DNA of 64,000 nucleotides from Mytilus edulis (lineage: Eukaryota), in NCBI RefSeq assembly GCF_963676685.1, contig NC_092348.1, positions 83,142,001 through 83,206,000 on the forward strand. The letters run 5' to 3'. The position numbers were made by a program, and so were the translations under genes. Below the pieces are notes generated by a model, which did no database searches, was not told the origin of the DNA, and saw only the letters and a program-made list of their open reading frames with translations. Below, piece after piece: positions 13,301 to 25,300 of the stretch; position 1 is the first letter of the stretch; every line of letters starts with the position of its first letter.

Positions 13301-16300
13301 NNNNNNNNNNNNNNNNNNNNNNNNNNNNNNNNNNNNNATATTACAGTTTGTCGGTTTTCTTAAAGTTTAAGACCTAACGACATGTTTTTTTTCTATGGGA
13401 CCTTCTATTTAAACAAAGAAATGTGAGGTATATATAGAAAAGGAGGATATGGTATGATTGCCAATGAGACAACTCTCAACCAGATACCAAATGACCCATA
13501 CATTAACATCTATAGGTCCAAACCGCATACTCAGCTATAGAAGGCCCAATATCTAACAACTTTTTCCTCTACATGTATATGCAGGGTTTATATTTATTTT
13601 AATTATGTTGTTTTATAGATATTCAAAATGGAAGCACAGTTTGTGGAAAAGGCTTGGTGTTCCTGGTCCAGAACCAACTCCTTTTCTTGGGATTTTGAAA
13701 GAATATTTTAAAAAGGTAATTAAATGGAATGTTCTTTTTATGTTAAAGGACATATCATTTACGCATGATTTGATAATTTTTTTTTAATTTTTCTTAAAAT
13801 TTTGCATTCACTACTTGCAAATCTAAACGTCTCACAAAAAGATCAGTTTGGTCGTCCGATTTTGAACTGCCATGATTTCCGACTTTCTCCTCATCACAAA
13901 GGTGACAAGTTGTGTTAGATTCAAGTCGGATAACAAGAAACATTATAAAACTTAACCGATAGCCAAACCAGTATGTAGGAGGAATAGCAATGCCCGTTCA
14001 ACGCCCCGACATACATGTATATAGATAATTGATCATATGACTGTCCTCCTCATGAACTTATTTTATCATTTAATTTAAATTTTGTATACATTATCCTGTT
14101 TGTATTTAAATGTCACTCACTTTCAATGGAAAACAATATTCGTATAAATAAAAGGGAATCATAATTATATCGCCAACAGCGGGGAATCACTATACATGTA
14201 AAAATAAGTTATACACATGTTTATGCATATTCAGGACGAGATATGTTACAGTGAAACCGTCTGATGTGATACTCTGATCGATAATTTATACATTTAAGAA
14301 TTCAATGCTTCGTTTTGAAATTTTATTGATGTCTTAAAGCGTTGACTTGAGCAAATCTTGCACAATTTTATTGTATAACCGTGAAATAACTATATATTTA
14401 TCAAGCCTTTCGGTAGTTTTCTGAACTTTTGGCTCCACGACGATTCAAAATTGTAGAATTGTATGAAACTGTTTTTGTAATATAATGATTGTCTTGAAAG
14501 CAAAATGTACGAGGATGGTCAATGAGGTATACATATACTGAATTAGCATGAAATATTTTCAACTGGACGTTAAGCAAACACCAATAAATTGATAAAACTG
14601 AACATTTCTAAACTCTTATAATCCTTATTTGGCAACATAACGACTGAAAATATATACATATATACGAACTACGTACACACAAGTAGCTTTCAACAATTAA
14701 AAGAAATTGCAATGAAAGGACTTCATTGATCAAACACATACATGTCTAACTTTTTAAGATAGTATATACTCCTAGAGAAAAAGAAATGATGGACAAAATC
14801 GCCATAATGATGATAACTGAAAAACCCAAAGATCGTTGACTTCAAAAGCTGAATAATACAATACATATAACGTTAGAGAAATAGACATATGAACCTATTA
14901 TGAGTGTCCGGATAAATTGTTATGTATTTGTACTCCCAATACAAAAATCGGACACAATCAACGTTAAACCTCTATATTGTAGGGTTCCTGTAACACAGAT
15001 TTAGAACTTGTGAGGAAATACGGCAATGTTGTCGGGTAATATAAAATTTAAACACAAACAATGATTGAAAATAATAAATAACAATCATCTGCACAAACAA
15101 ACCAATAGTCAAAGGAGAAGTTGCACCCCATGAAATATCATTCTGAAAAATTGCACTAAGCAACAAGAACCCAACTGGTCAGCAAATAGTCAGTAGAAGA
15201 TGTTCGATGATTAAACTCATCGACCCGTGTTATAAGAATGGCGAATGAACATTTTGAAAGTTTACCCGTCAATTAACAAACTAATTGTTAATATATAATA
15301 GTTTAATTGCTAAACTGTTAATATATATAACAGTTATACGAATACTTTTGCCATTGAAAGGAAACACAAGCCTCCATCTACCAGGAGACAAAATGCCGAG
15401 AGTTTCACCCAGTTGATGGAATCCAAAAAAGCCATTGCTTCTGCTGGAACCCCTGAACCTACCACCAATACAAGCGTAGATAACATCTGTCAGATACAAG
15501 CCAGGGATACAGTTAGTGGTATACCACTTACACCAACAAAATATCGTGGAAAACCAGAGGGACTCAACATCAAGACGAACACTGTCACTAGTCTGTACAA
15601 CTCCCAGAAGGCATGCCATCGCCAGTACTTCTATACTCCAACCAAACCTAGAAGTAAGCTTCGGAGAGGGTTTTGACATTGATGGCACCGACCTACTTTG
15701 CACACCATCATATACATCGCCAATATCCTTGCCAGATCCAAAGGCCATTCGAACTGCCTTCGCCTAACTAGAACGGTCAGACACTCCGTACCAACATTAA
15801 CCATCAGGTCGGAGCAAGATAAAAGGGAAAAGAATGTAGCAGATCCAACACTGCAAGAATAGGTTATTGTAGTCCGCAATATCTATTTAGATAACCGAAC
15901 GTTAAAACCCAACATCAATCAAACTTTTGCCTACATTTGTAAAGTAACAATAGTCCTTTAAATAGTAACAGCCATTTTTATTCAGAGTAAGGTCCTCTCC
16001 GCGGTCCGCATTTAAGCCATGCCAATGAGACAACTATCCAACATAGTATATCATTGATATATTTAATATCAAAGACAATGGTTTGGACTTGGTTGTGATA
16101 CCAATACATTAAACCATAAAGGTTAAATTGCAAGATTAAAAAAAAATGCATGCTCACCGAGGACTATCTTTTTAAAAGCACTTTAGCTTAGAGCAGGAAT
16201 TGTATCTTTGCCCTGGTTAAGCAAAATATCAGATCAGTAACATCGATCTCTCTTGATATATATCATATCACCCCTTGCCTGTTACAGTAGTTTCTAGAGA

Positions 16301-19300
16301 TTAAGGCGAACAGACGTAATGTTTATGCGTAAATTATATGGTCTGATGTTTCTCTTTGCCAATGTAATCAATAGAATAAAGAGAGGTAAAAACATAATAG
16401 AAAAAACTAAAAAGGAAATAACATATTTAGTGAATTCGTTTCAGGGTTTATCAGTGTCATATACCAAGTTTGTTAGTTGCTGATCCAGAAATGTTGAAAG
16501 TGATTTTTGTTAAGGAATTCTCTAACTTTCCAAACAGATTTGTAAGTGAAAATAAAACATTTACTAATCTATGTCAGATGAAAAGAAATAATATTCTAGT
16601 TAATGTATTTATATGATATATGCTTCATACTTTTTTAGTTTTAGAAATGCGAATTGATAACTTAAATTTTCAAAAGATTTTAAGATCACAGACAAACGCA
16701 ATATTTTATTTTTAAAATGATTTTTAACAATACGTCCAACAGCATACAATTCAGTTTGATATTATATTACTAGAAACTTATTGCAGATACCAGTAAAGCC
16801 GACAGAACGAATGTTAGCTGGTGTAGCTTTGGCCCAGGGAACACATTGGAAGTTTCTCAGAAGTACAATTTCACCGACATTTACAGTGGGAAAGTTAAAA
16901 CTTGTAAGTTATATCACAATCAAGCAGCAATAATCAATCATTTAGCATCAGTATAATAATAAAAGATTGGTTCAAGCTTTAATTGCTTAATAGAAGGATC
17001 AGTTGGTATTTAGAAAAATGGAAACTTTATAGTTAAATGGCTAATTCTGCTGTGCGAGTGTTTCAAACGTCGTTTCTGATAAAAGTTTTGTTGGATTTTT
17101 GTAACATGATCAGTTAGCATCATTATAATAAATATCAGTTGAAGCCTCAATTGGCAAAAAGAAGGTTCAGTTTGTATATAGAAAAATGTAAACTTTATAG
17201 TTAAGCTTCTATTTCTGCTGCGAGGAAGTGTTGTTGGATTGTAGCATCATTGACCTAGTATCTTCCCTTTCATTATGTATACGTGTTGCAAGCCTTCTAT
17301 ATGATAGAATTCCTCAGCATTTTGTTGTAAGCATGCGCGAAATAGCTGTGTGTTTTAACAACTTAGTCAATCTGGGAATTAACGAAACATATACTTGTCC
17401 ATAAGATACCCTTTTACAACACTAAAGGTTTGGAAGTAATGTTTGAATGATACTTAGTAACGTTTGATGAAGGACTTTTATCTTCGTGGGATGGAACTAC
17501 TCAGTTAGTTCTAGACACCACAAAACTGTCAAATATTTGTTTGTTCAAGTGAACTGATGATTTTCAAATTATACTTAGACATTGGAAAAGTGCCATTCGA
17601 CTTTCAGTTACGAATTAATGAATGTTGGCATTTGTTTATAATTAAAACTATGATTAAAGGTGATTGTTTTCGTTCTTTATTAATTTGGGTACTATAAATG
17701 TGCTTTATTACAATTAAAATTGAGAAAGGAAACGGGGAATTGTCAAAGCGACAACAACCCGACCATAGAGCAGACAACAGCCGAAGGCCAACAATAGGTC
17801 TTAAATGTAACGAGAAACGCCCGCATCCGGAGGCGTCCTTTAGCTGGCCCCTAAACAAATATGTATACTAGTACAGTCATTATAAATGGACGTCATACTA
17901 AACTCTGAAGAAACTAAAAGTAAAAATCTTGACTTGCGACAGGCGCAAAATTGCGGCGGGGTTAAACATGTTTTTTGAGATCTCAACCCTCCCCTATACT
18001 TCTAGCCATTGTAAAAAAACAAACGCACTTATACGCACAGTAAAACTCAGTTTAAGTCCGAGTCCGATACCAGAATATGAAACAAAAGAAAATAAACAAA
18101 ATGACAATTAAACATAAATAACAACAGACTAAGTAAACTAGCAGTTAATGACATGCAAGCTACAGACCTCAATTAAACTGATCGAAAAATTATGTCTTCA
18201 TCATATGAATTTGAGGCACAATCCCTCCTGTTAGGGGTATAGTACTATACCATCATGCATTATATGAGAAGAACATAACCTGTGTGTTAACAACTGGTAA
18301 TTAGTCTAGTTTTGATATAAACCACTTTTTTTATTCAGCTAGATATATAAGACCTTTTTATTATTTTTGCGCTCATTTTTGTTCAATGGAACTGTCAGTA
18401 TCATTTTATCGTAACATTATACAGTAATACAAAATTTTCAATCAATTAGAATAAAAAAAGTTTGATAGTACCAAACATTACGGGACAATGGACAAGGAAT
18501 AGAAAGATAAGACAATATCATTTTGCCCAGGGGCAATATATAGATTTTTTTCCCTAAAAATTACGAAAATACCGAGGAAAATATAAATATGAAATTACCT
18601 TATCGATAGCAAAATCAAAAGCTCAAACACACCAAATGAATAAAAACAACTGACTTCTGTCCCTTTCCTGACTTGGTACAAATATCCCGGTATGTTGAAA
18701 ATAGAGGGTTAAACCTGGTTTTATAGCTAGTTAAACCACTCACTTTAAAAGGTGTTACACATCTGACGATATTTTTGTTTGGTTTGTCCTCTAGATGGTA
18801 CAGAAAATCGAAAAATGTTGTCAAGCTTTGGTAGAAAACATCCACTCACAGCGGGGAGACAACGAACCTGTTGATATGAAAGAGTAAGTGTCATGTGATT
18901 TTTCATCCATAATGTCTTCAAATTTACACTTAATCAACAGAATTACCGAATCAAGATGGTACGAACTCTTACAGTGAATAATTTAAAAGTAAGGTGAAAT
19001 TGACAAAATGTAATTAAACTTCTAGTCTGTATAATAAATAAAATTACATGCATTGTCAAATAGATATAAGAAGACGTGGTACGAGTGCTATTAAGACAAC
19101 TCATCCAAGTCACAATTTGTAAAAGTAAACTATGTATTAAGGGCATACGATACAGTTTTGATCCCGTATTTAAATTTTGATGAAAATTTGCATGTAGGCT
19201 ATTTTTTACCTGAATAGATCAAATATGTAATGAAAAACATACCTTCGTGTGCTGCTTTTGTTTAAATTAAGGTTCATATTTAAGATATTTCTTCACGGAT

Positions 19301-22300
19301 TTGTGGACGTGTTTTTCATTTCGATAGAAACACAAAAGTTTTTTGATGTAAAAGATAAACACGATCTGTTTTTTGTTGAATTATTTGTAATTTATGTTGT
19401 TATGATATTGTAATTATTGTATTTATTTATGTTGGCCTAATTTATGTTGTATGGCCTGATAGTTGTTTACAGAATAATCTTAGAACTGTGCAGTTTAGAA
19501 ATCACTGGAACAATTACAGAATGATTGGAACTTTCCAGAATTATCCTAATAAAAGATGCGTTATATAAACTTCTACATTTTACTAGAAACTTCCATTGTA
19601 ACTTTCTAGGATGTTCTAGTATAGATTGTTCTAGAATTTTCCTTGACAATTATAAATATGCAGACACTAAAGTTAAACGCTCACTCTTGGACTTGGACTT
19701 AGACATCGATAGACATTAGTATTCACTTCATTTGGATTGACACTTTAATTCTACAAACAACATCATACTGGATTGTGACCGTAGTAGTGAACGTAATATT
19801 CAGATTGGATTCCGAAAGATATCCGGATACAGACAAAGATAAAAGATTGGACTCATATTTTGACAGTTAAGTTGACAGTAATATTTGTGTAATACTTCTT
19901 GTAAACTTTTGTATAATACATATTGTTAAATTTTACTATCGATTTGTGTCTTTTGTTGGCTACAATTTAAAGGCGATTTCTGGCCGTAACAGTAATTGGG
20001 GGCTCGTCCGGGATATTGAAAATATCTTATTCAAAATTTGTTTAGTAATTTTTATTATAACTAGCCAACAAAATTCTACAAAATGGCATTTGATGCCGGT
20101 AAATTTTTGAAAACGCCAGACCTGGAGGGGTTTGATAATTTAAAGAAAGAGGAGTTAGTGTTGCTTGCTAAACATCTGAAATTAGATTTTAAAGTATCTA
20201 TGAGAAAACAAATTATAAAAAATTTGGTAATAGACAAATTAGTTGACGCAGACATTTTAGGTGAAGAGGCTCTTGAACTTAAGGTCGAAAATATTGACGC
20301 CTTTAAATTAAAACAGCTTGAATTAGAACATGAACTCAAATTAAAAGAACTGGAGTTAGAAAAGAAGATGAACTTAAATTAAAACAGGCAGAACTGGAAA
20401 TGAAGGAAAGGTTGGAAATGGATAAAAAAGAAAAAGAAGGTGAATTTAAATTAAAAGAACTTGAAATGAAGTTAAAAGAACTTGAAATGAAGGAAAGACT
20501 AGAGATGGAGAAAATGAAAATTGAAATGGTCAAAGAAGAAAGCAACACTAAAGTCCAGTCGAAATCAGAATATTTTGATGCAGCAAAAAAAATATACGTT
20601 TGGTTCCCAGATTTTGTGAAAAAACAGTCGATAAATATTTTCCACAGTTTGAGAAAATTGCTCATAATTTGAATTGGCCAAAGCCATATTGGACTACAAT
20701 GCTACAAAGTGTTTTTGAGGGTAAGGCCGCTGAAATATACTCCGCACTTCCATCAGAAAAAAGTTCCGATTATGACATGGTCAAACAGGAAGTTTTGAAA
20801 GCTTATGAGCTAGTACCAGAAGCATATAGACAGATATTTAGATCTTATAAAAAGTTTGATTCGCAAACCTATGTGGAATTTGCTCGGGAAAAAGAAGATT
20901 TATTTGATAAATGGCTTACTTCAAAGAAAACAGATAACAATTTTGATAACCTAAGACAATTGATGTTATTAGAAGAGTTCAAACAATGTGTTCATTTAGA
21001 CTTAAAGACACATTTAGACGACAAAACTGTTGGGACAATACATGATGCAGCTGTAATTTCAGATAATTATACCCTTTCACATAAAAGAAGTTTCAAGGGT
21101 CAAAATGTTAATAATTCAAGTGGAAATTACAAAAATCAAAGCACTGAGCGTACTGTTGCACAGAATAAGAGTCAGTCCAGTTTTAATTTGTCTAGTCCAA
21201 CATTTGATACTTTTGAGAAGAAGTCACTGATTTGTGCTTATTGTAAGAAGAATGGTCACCTGATGGCTGATTGTTTTAGACTCCAGAAGAAGAATGAACG
21301 AGATAATAAGTCGAAGTCCTAGAGTAAGTGCCAAAACCAGATAAAACCTTTCGTTTCGTGACTGATTTCAGAAAAGTAAATTCAGTCTCAAAATCTGATT
21401 CCTATCCGATTCCAAGGATAGACGATTGTATTGACAACATTGGTCAAGCAAAATTTGTGAGCAAATTTGATTTGTTGAAAGGTTATTGGCAAGTTCCATT
21501 GACACAGAGAGCTCGTGAAGTATCAGCTTTTGTTACTCCAGACTTTGAAAAACAATTTAAACTTGCCGTTGATGCAAGCGATGTAGGAATTGGAGCTGTT
21601 TTATATCAAGAGACAGATGATAATGTTGAGAAACCTATATCATATTTTTCTAAGAAATTAGATAAACATCAGAAAAATTATTCAACTATTGAAAAAGAGT
21701 GTTTTGCAATGTTGTCAGCACTTCAACATTTTGATGTATATTTGAATCCCACTGTATATCCTATTCTTGTTTGTACTGATCATAATCCTCTCACCTTCAT
21801 ACATAAAATGAGAAACAAGAATCAGAGGTTGACTAGGTGGAGTTTATTGTTACAGGAATATGATGTAATTGTAAAACACATTAAGGGTAAAGATAATGTA
21901 ATAGCAGATGCTTTATCTAGAGCTTATTAAAACACTTTGTATATACTATGTATTTTTGTTCATATTATTCATGATAAGTTTTTGTTACACTAAAACTTCT
22001 TTTAAGGGGGGAGGTGTTATGATATTGTAATTATTGTATTTATTTATGTTGGCCTAATTTGTGTTGTATGGCCTGATAGTTGATTACAGAATAATCTTAG
22101 AACTGTGCAGTTTAGAAATCACTGGAACAATTACAGAATGATTGGAACTTTCCAGAATTATCCTAATAAAAGATGCGTTATATAAACTTCTATATTTTAC
22201 TAGAAACTTCCATTGTAACTTTCTAGGATGTTCTAGTATAGATTGTTCTAGAATTTTCCTTGACAATTATATATATGCAGACACTAAAGTTAAACGCTCA

Positions 22301-25300
22301 CTCTTGGACTTGGACTTAGACATCGATAGACATTAGTATTCACTTCATTTGGATTGACACTTTAATTCTACAAACAACATCATACTGGATTGTGACCGTA
22401 GTAGTGAACGTAATATTCAGATTGGATTCCGAAAGATATCCGGATACAGACAAAGATAAAAGATTGGACTCGTATTTTGACAGTTAAGTTGACAGTAATA
22501 TTTGTGTAATACTTCTTGTAAACTTTTGTATAATACATATTGTTAAATTTTACTATTGATTTGTGTCTTTTGTTGGCTACAATTTAAAGGCGATTTCTGG
22601 CCGTAACAATGTGACGTATGCCCTTAAGTAACCGTAAAAGAAAGGGAAAAAAAAAATGTTTGTATTTTCAGTTATCTGCGTCACAACTATGTCTACTTGA
22701 CATTTAATTGATTGATAATTATCAAAGGTACCAGGCTTATAATTTAATACGCCAGACGCGCGTTTTGACTACACAAGACTCATCGATGACGCCCAGATCA
22801 AAATGGTTAGAAAGTCAAACAAGTATAAAGTTGAAGAGCATTGGGGACCCAAAATTCCAAAAAGTTACGCCAAATACGGCTGTAGTAATCTATGCCTGAG
22901 ATAAAAAAAAATACATAGTATTTCGAATAGTTGATACTTTTGCTAACAGTAAATTTAAAAATTGAAAAACGGCTCAGATTTATAACACCATTGTCACGTA
23001 AGTTATAATGTCAGGTTAAGATCGTGTTTTTTCTTCCGTGAATCGGTCCAGTTGTTTCGAGTGTAGCAAGGTTCTTTTTCAATGAAATTGCTTGCGATCA
23101 AATTAATATACTGCAATTGCATAGTATAATAAATAAATTTAGTGTTTTTACTGCCTTCTGATTGGTTAAAATTATTAGTTTTATTTTCAATGTTGTCAAT
23201 TTTGATGGCGACACGCCCACTCTGACGTTTAGTATTCATACGCCAACATGTGTGTACGTTGTTATTGTTAATATAAATAATATAAAAAGTTCTTTGAGCC
23301 TTATTTTTTGATAGAAATTTATTTATAATGAATGGCAATAATTTATTTTGATTTTATTGAACCATAAAAGTAATTTTTGACTCTTCACATTTTACATAAT
23401 CTGCTTCGCGGATTATTCAATGTGAAGAGTCAAAAATTAGTTTTATGGTTCAATAAAATCAAAATAAATAATAGCCATTCATTAAATAGTGTCATCCACG
23501 AACAGTGATCAACAGTAACACTATGATTTTTTAGATTGTGTGGAGCATTTACTATGGATGTCATATCTAGTACAGCTTTTGGTATTGAGGTTAATTCCCA
23601 GAAAGAGCCAAATAATAGATTTGTTTTCTATGGAAAGAAAGCAGCCATTGGACAACTTGCCTCATCATTTGCTGTTTTTATCAGTAATTTATTTTATTAA
23701 CGACTGTATAAATCATTTGTTGTTGTCGTAATTATGTGAACCATATATAAATTAAGAACACAGATTATTGTTTGACATTCAGATCAACAGTATACAACAC
23801 TATAAGAATAAAGAGACGTGGAAAGTTTACGAATGAGACAACTGTCCAATAAAATTCAAATGAAGTGTATATATGTGAGTAATTATAGGCAACCATGCGG
23901 CCTTCAACAACGAGAAAAAAACATACTGTAAAGGCTAACGATTTTTTTTCAATTTAAGAATCGTTATAACCAATCAAAAACACATTGAGTATTCATATGC
24001 GAATTAATTTATTAATTCTATTTTTCAGTAATAAATTCATTGCAATCTTTTTATCGATCTGCTTATCAATCAATAACACTTCTGTTTTAAAAGTAAGGTG
24101 AAGATTCTATGTTAAACTTATTGCCATCTCGGAGTACATTAGATAACCCCGAAGTTTGGTGGTGTTGGTGTTGATCAGTATTTTGTTTGTAGCCTGTGTG
24201 CTGTTGCTTGTATTTTCGTATTGGCAATGATATTTTTTTTATCTTTATTTATTTTACTTAATGTGGTTGACTGTCCATTTGAATCTACTGCATGTTGGTG
24301 ATGATTTGTATACTAGTAAAGCATCCTACTAAACTGACTATAAAATTTGGAATATGTACTATTAGTTCAGTTGAACCCCAAATAATTGGAAATTTGCTAA
24401 AATTACATATTCAATCATATTTATTTTACCAATTAAAGCTTACTAACGTAATTATGTTGCAGTTTTACGGATGATTATTCTAAATTCCACATAAAAATTT
24501 CCACAGTGATGCACTCAGTATTCAGCCCTTAATTTATCATTTCACACTATCAAAGCTGTACCAGTACAGTGACACAAGAGATTTATAAACCGTATGGACG
24601 AATATATATTGAAAATGTTTCTATTTCAGTGATGTTTCCATTTCTGAAAAATATAGTTGGTACCATCCTGCTCCATGGAAATAGAGTTGGCAAAGATGTG
24701 ATTGAATTCTTCGACACTGCGCTACGGTCTGCTATTGATCTTCGAAAAGAAGGAAAGAATGAGGTATTGGAATTCAATGTGAATACAATAGATCAGAAAA
24801 TATATCGTTCATTTAAACATACGTGTAATATGTTTGATTCAGTTCCTCAATCCTATTTTTTTTTTAAATATACAATGTATATTAATGGTTTTTACGCTAA
24901 GTCTTTATTTTGGTTTTTGGATTTCAAACTGATTATATATTAATCCCCAATTGATCTTCCTCTAAGTTCAGTATTTTTGTGATTTTACTTTAAACTTTCC
25001 CAGCTATAAATTTTACCATGAGCAGCAGTCTGAATTTATTCAAGCTAAACGTGTTGTGCACACGAAAAGGATTTGGAGATTGATAAGGTAAAGAGGTCTT
25101 TAAAATGTGATTTTCGTGTGCACAACACCTTTTCACATGTTTAATTGAAGAAATTCAGACTGCTTCTAACTGTCAAGTTTACATTTGTGAAAGTTAATCA
25201 TAAATTCAGTGTTAAATCCCACAACCAAAAATAAAGCTTAAGCTGATCAACCATTATTATTGCTTCCTAAACGATTTCAGATTTGAATATAGGAAAAAAA

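Larger units (their letters stand above)
19398..22608 (+). mobile_element. Ty3/Gypsy LTR retrotransposon (Gmr1-like), internally deleted and non-autonomous, in CYP intron 6
   Basis: 594-bp LTRs 19398-19991 and 22015-22608 (TGTTA...TAACA; 6 mismatches counted by eye); ATGT TSD at 19394-19397 and 22609-22612; PBS 19997-20014; PPT 22004-22014; gag and pol remnants. Confidence 0.97.
19141..22623. mobile_element. About 268-bp TTAA-flanked MITE (Kolobok-like), split by the LTR element inserted in its right TIR
   Basis: TTAA-GGGCATACGataca at 19137-19154 and tgt-gaCGTATGCCC-TTAA ending at 22627. Confidence 0.75.

Noticed and set aside
13024-13475. 138-bp direct repeat around the N gap, and ORFs 13140-13370 and 13144-13377
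   Set aside because: Identical sequence on both sides of a gap indicates an unmerged contig overlap; the ORFs are made of Ns
16935-17260. About 170-bp degenerate tandem duplication in CYP intron 5
   Set aside because: It does not include the splice donor or coding sequence; ordinary intronic duplication
19467-19719. Duplicated small ORFs (19467/22084 and 19525/22142)
   Set aside because: They are chance ORFs in the two LTR copies
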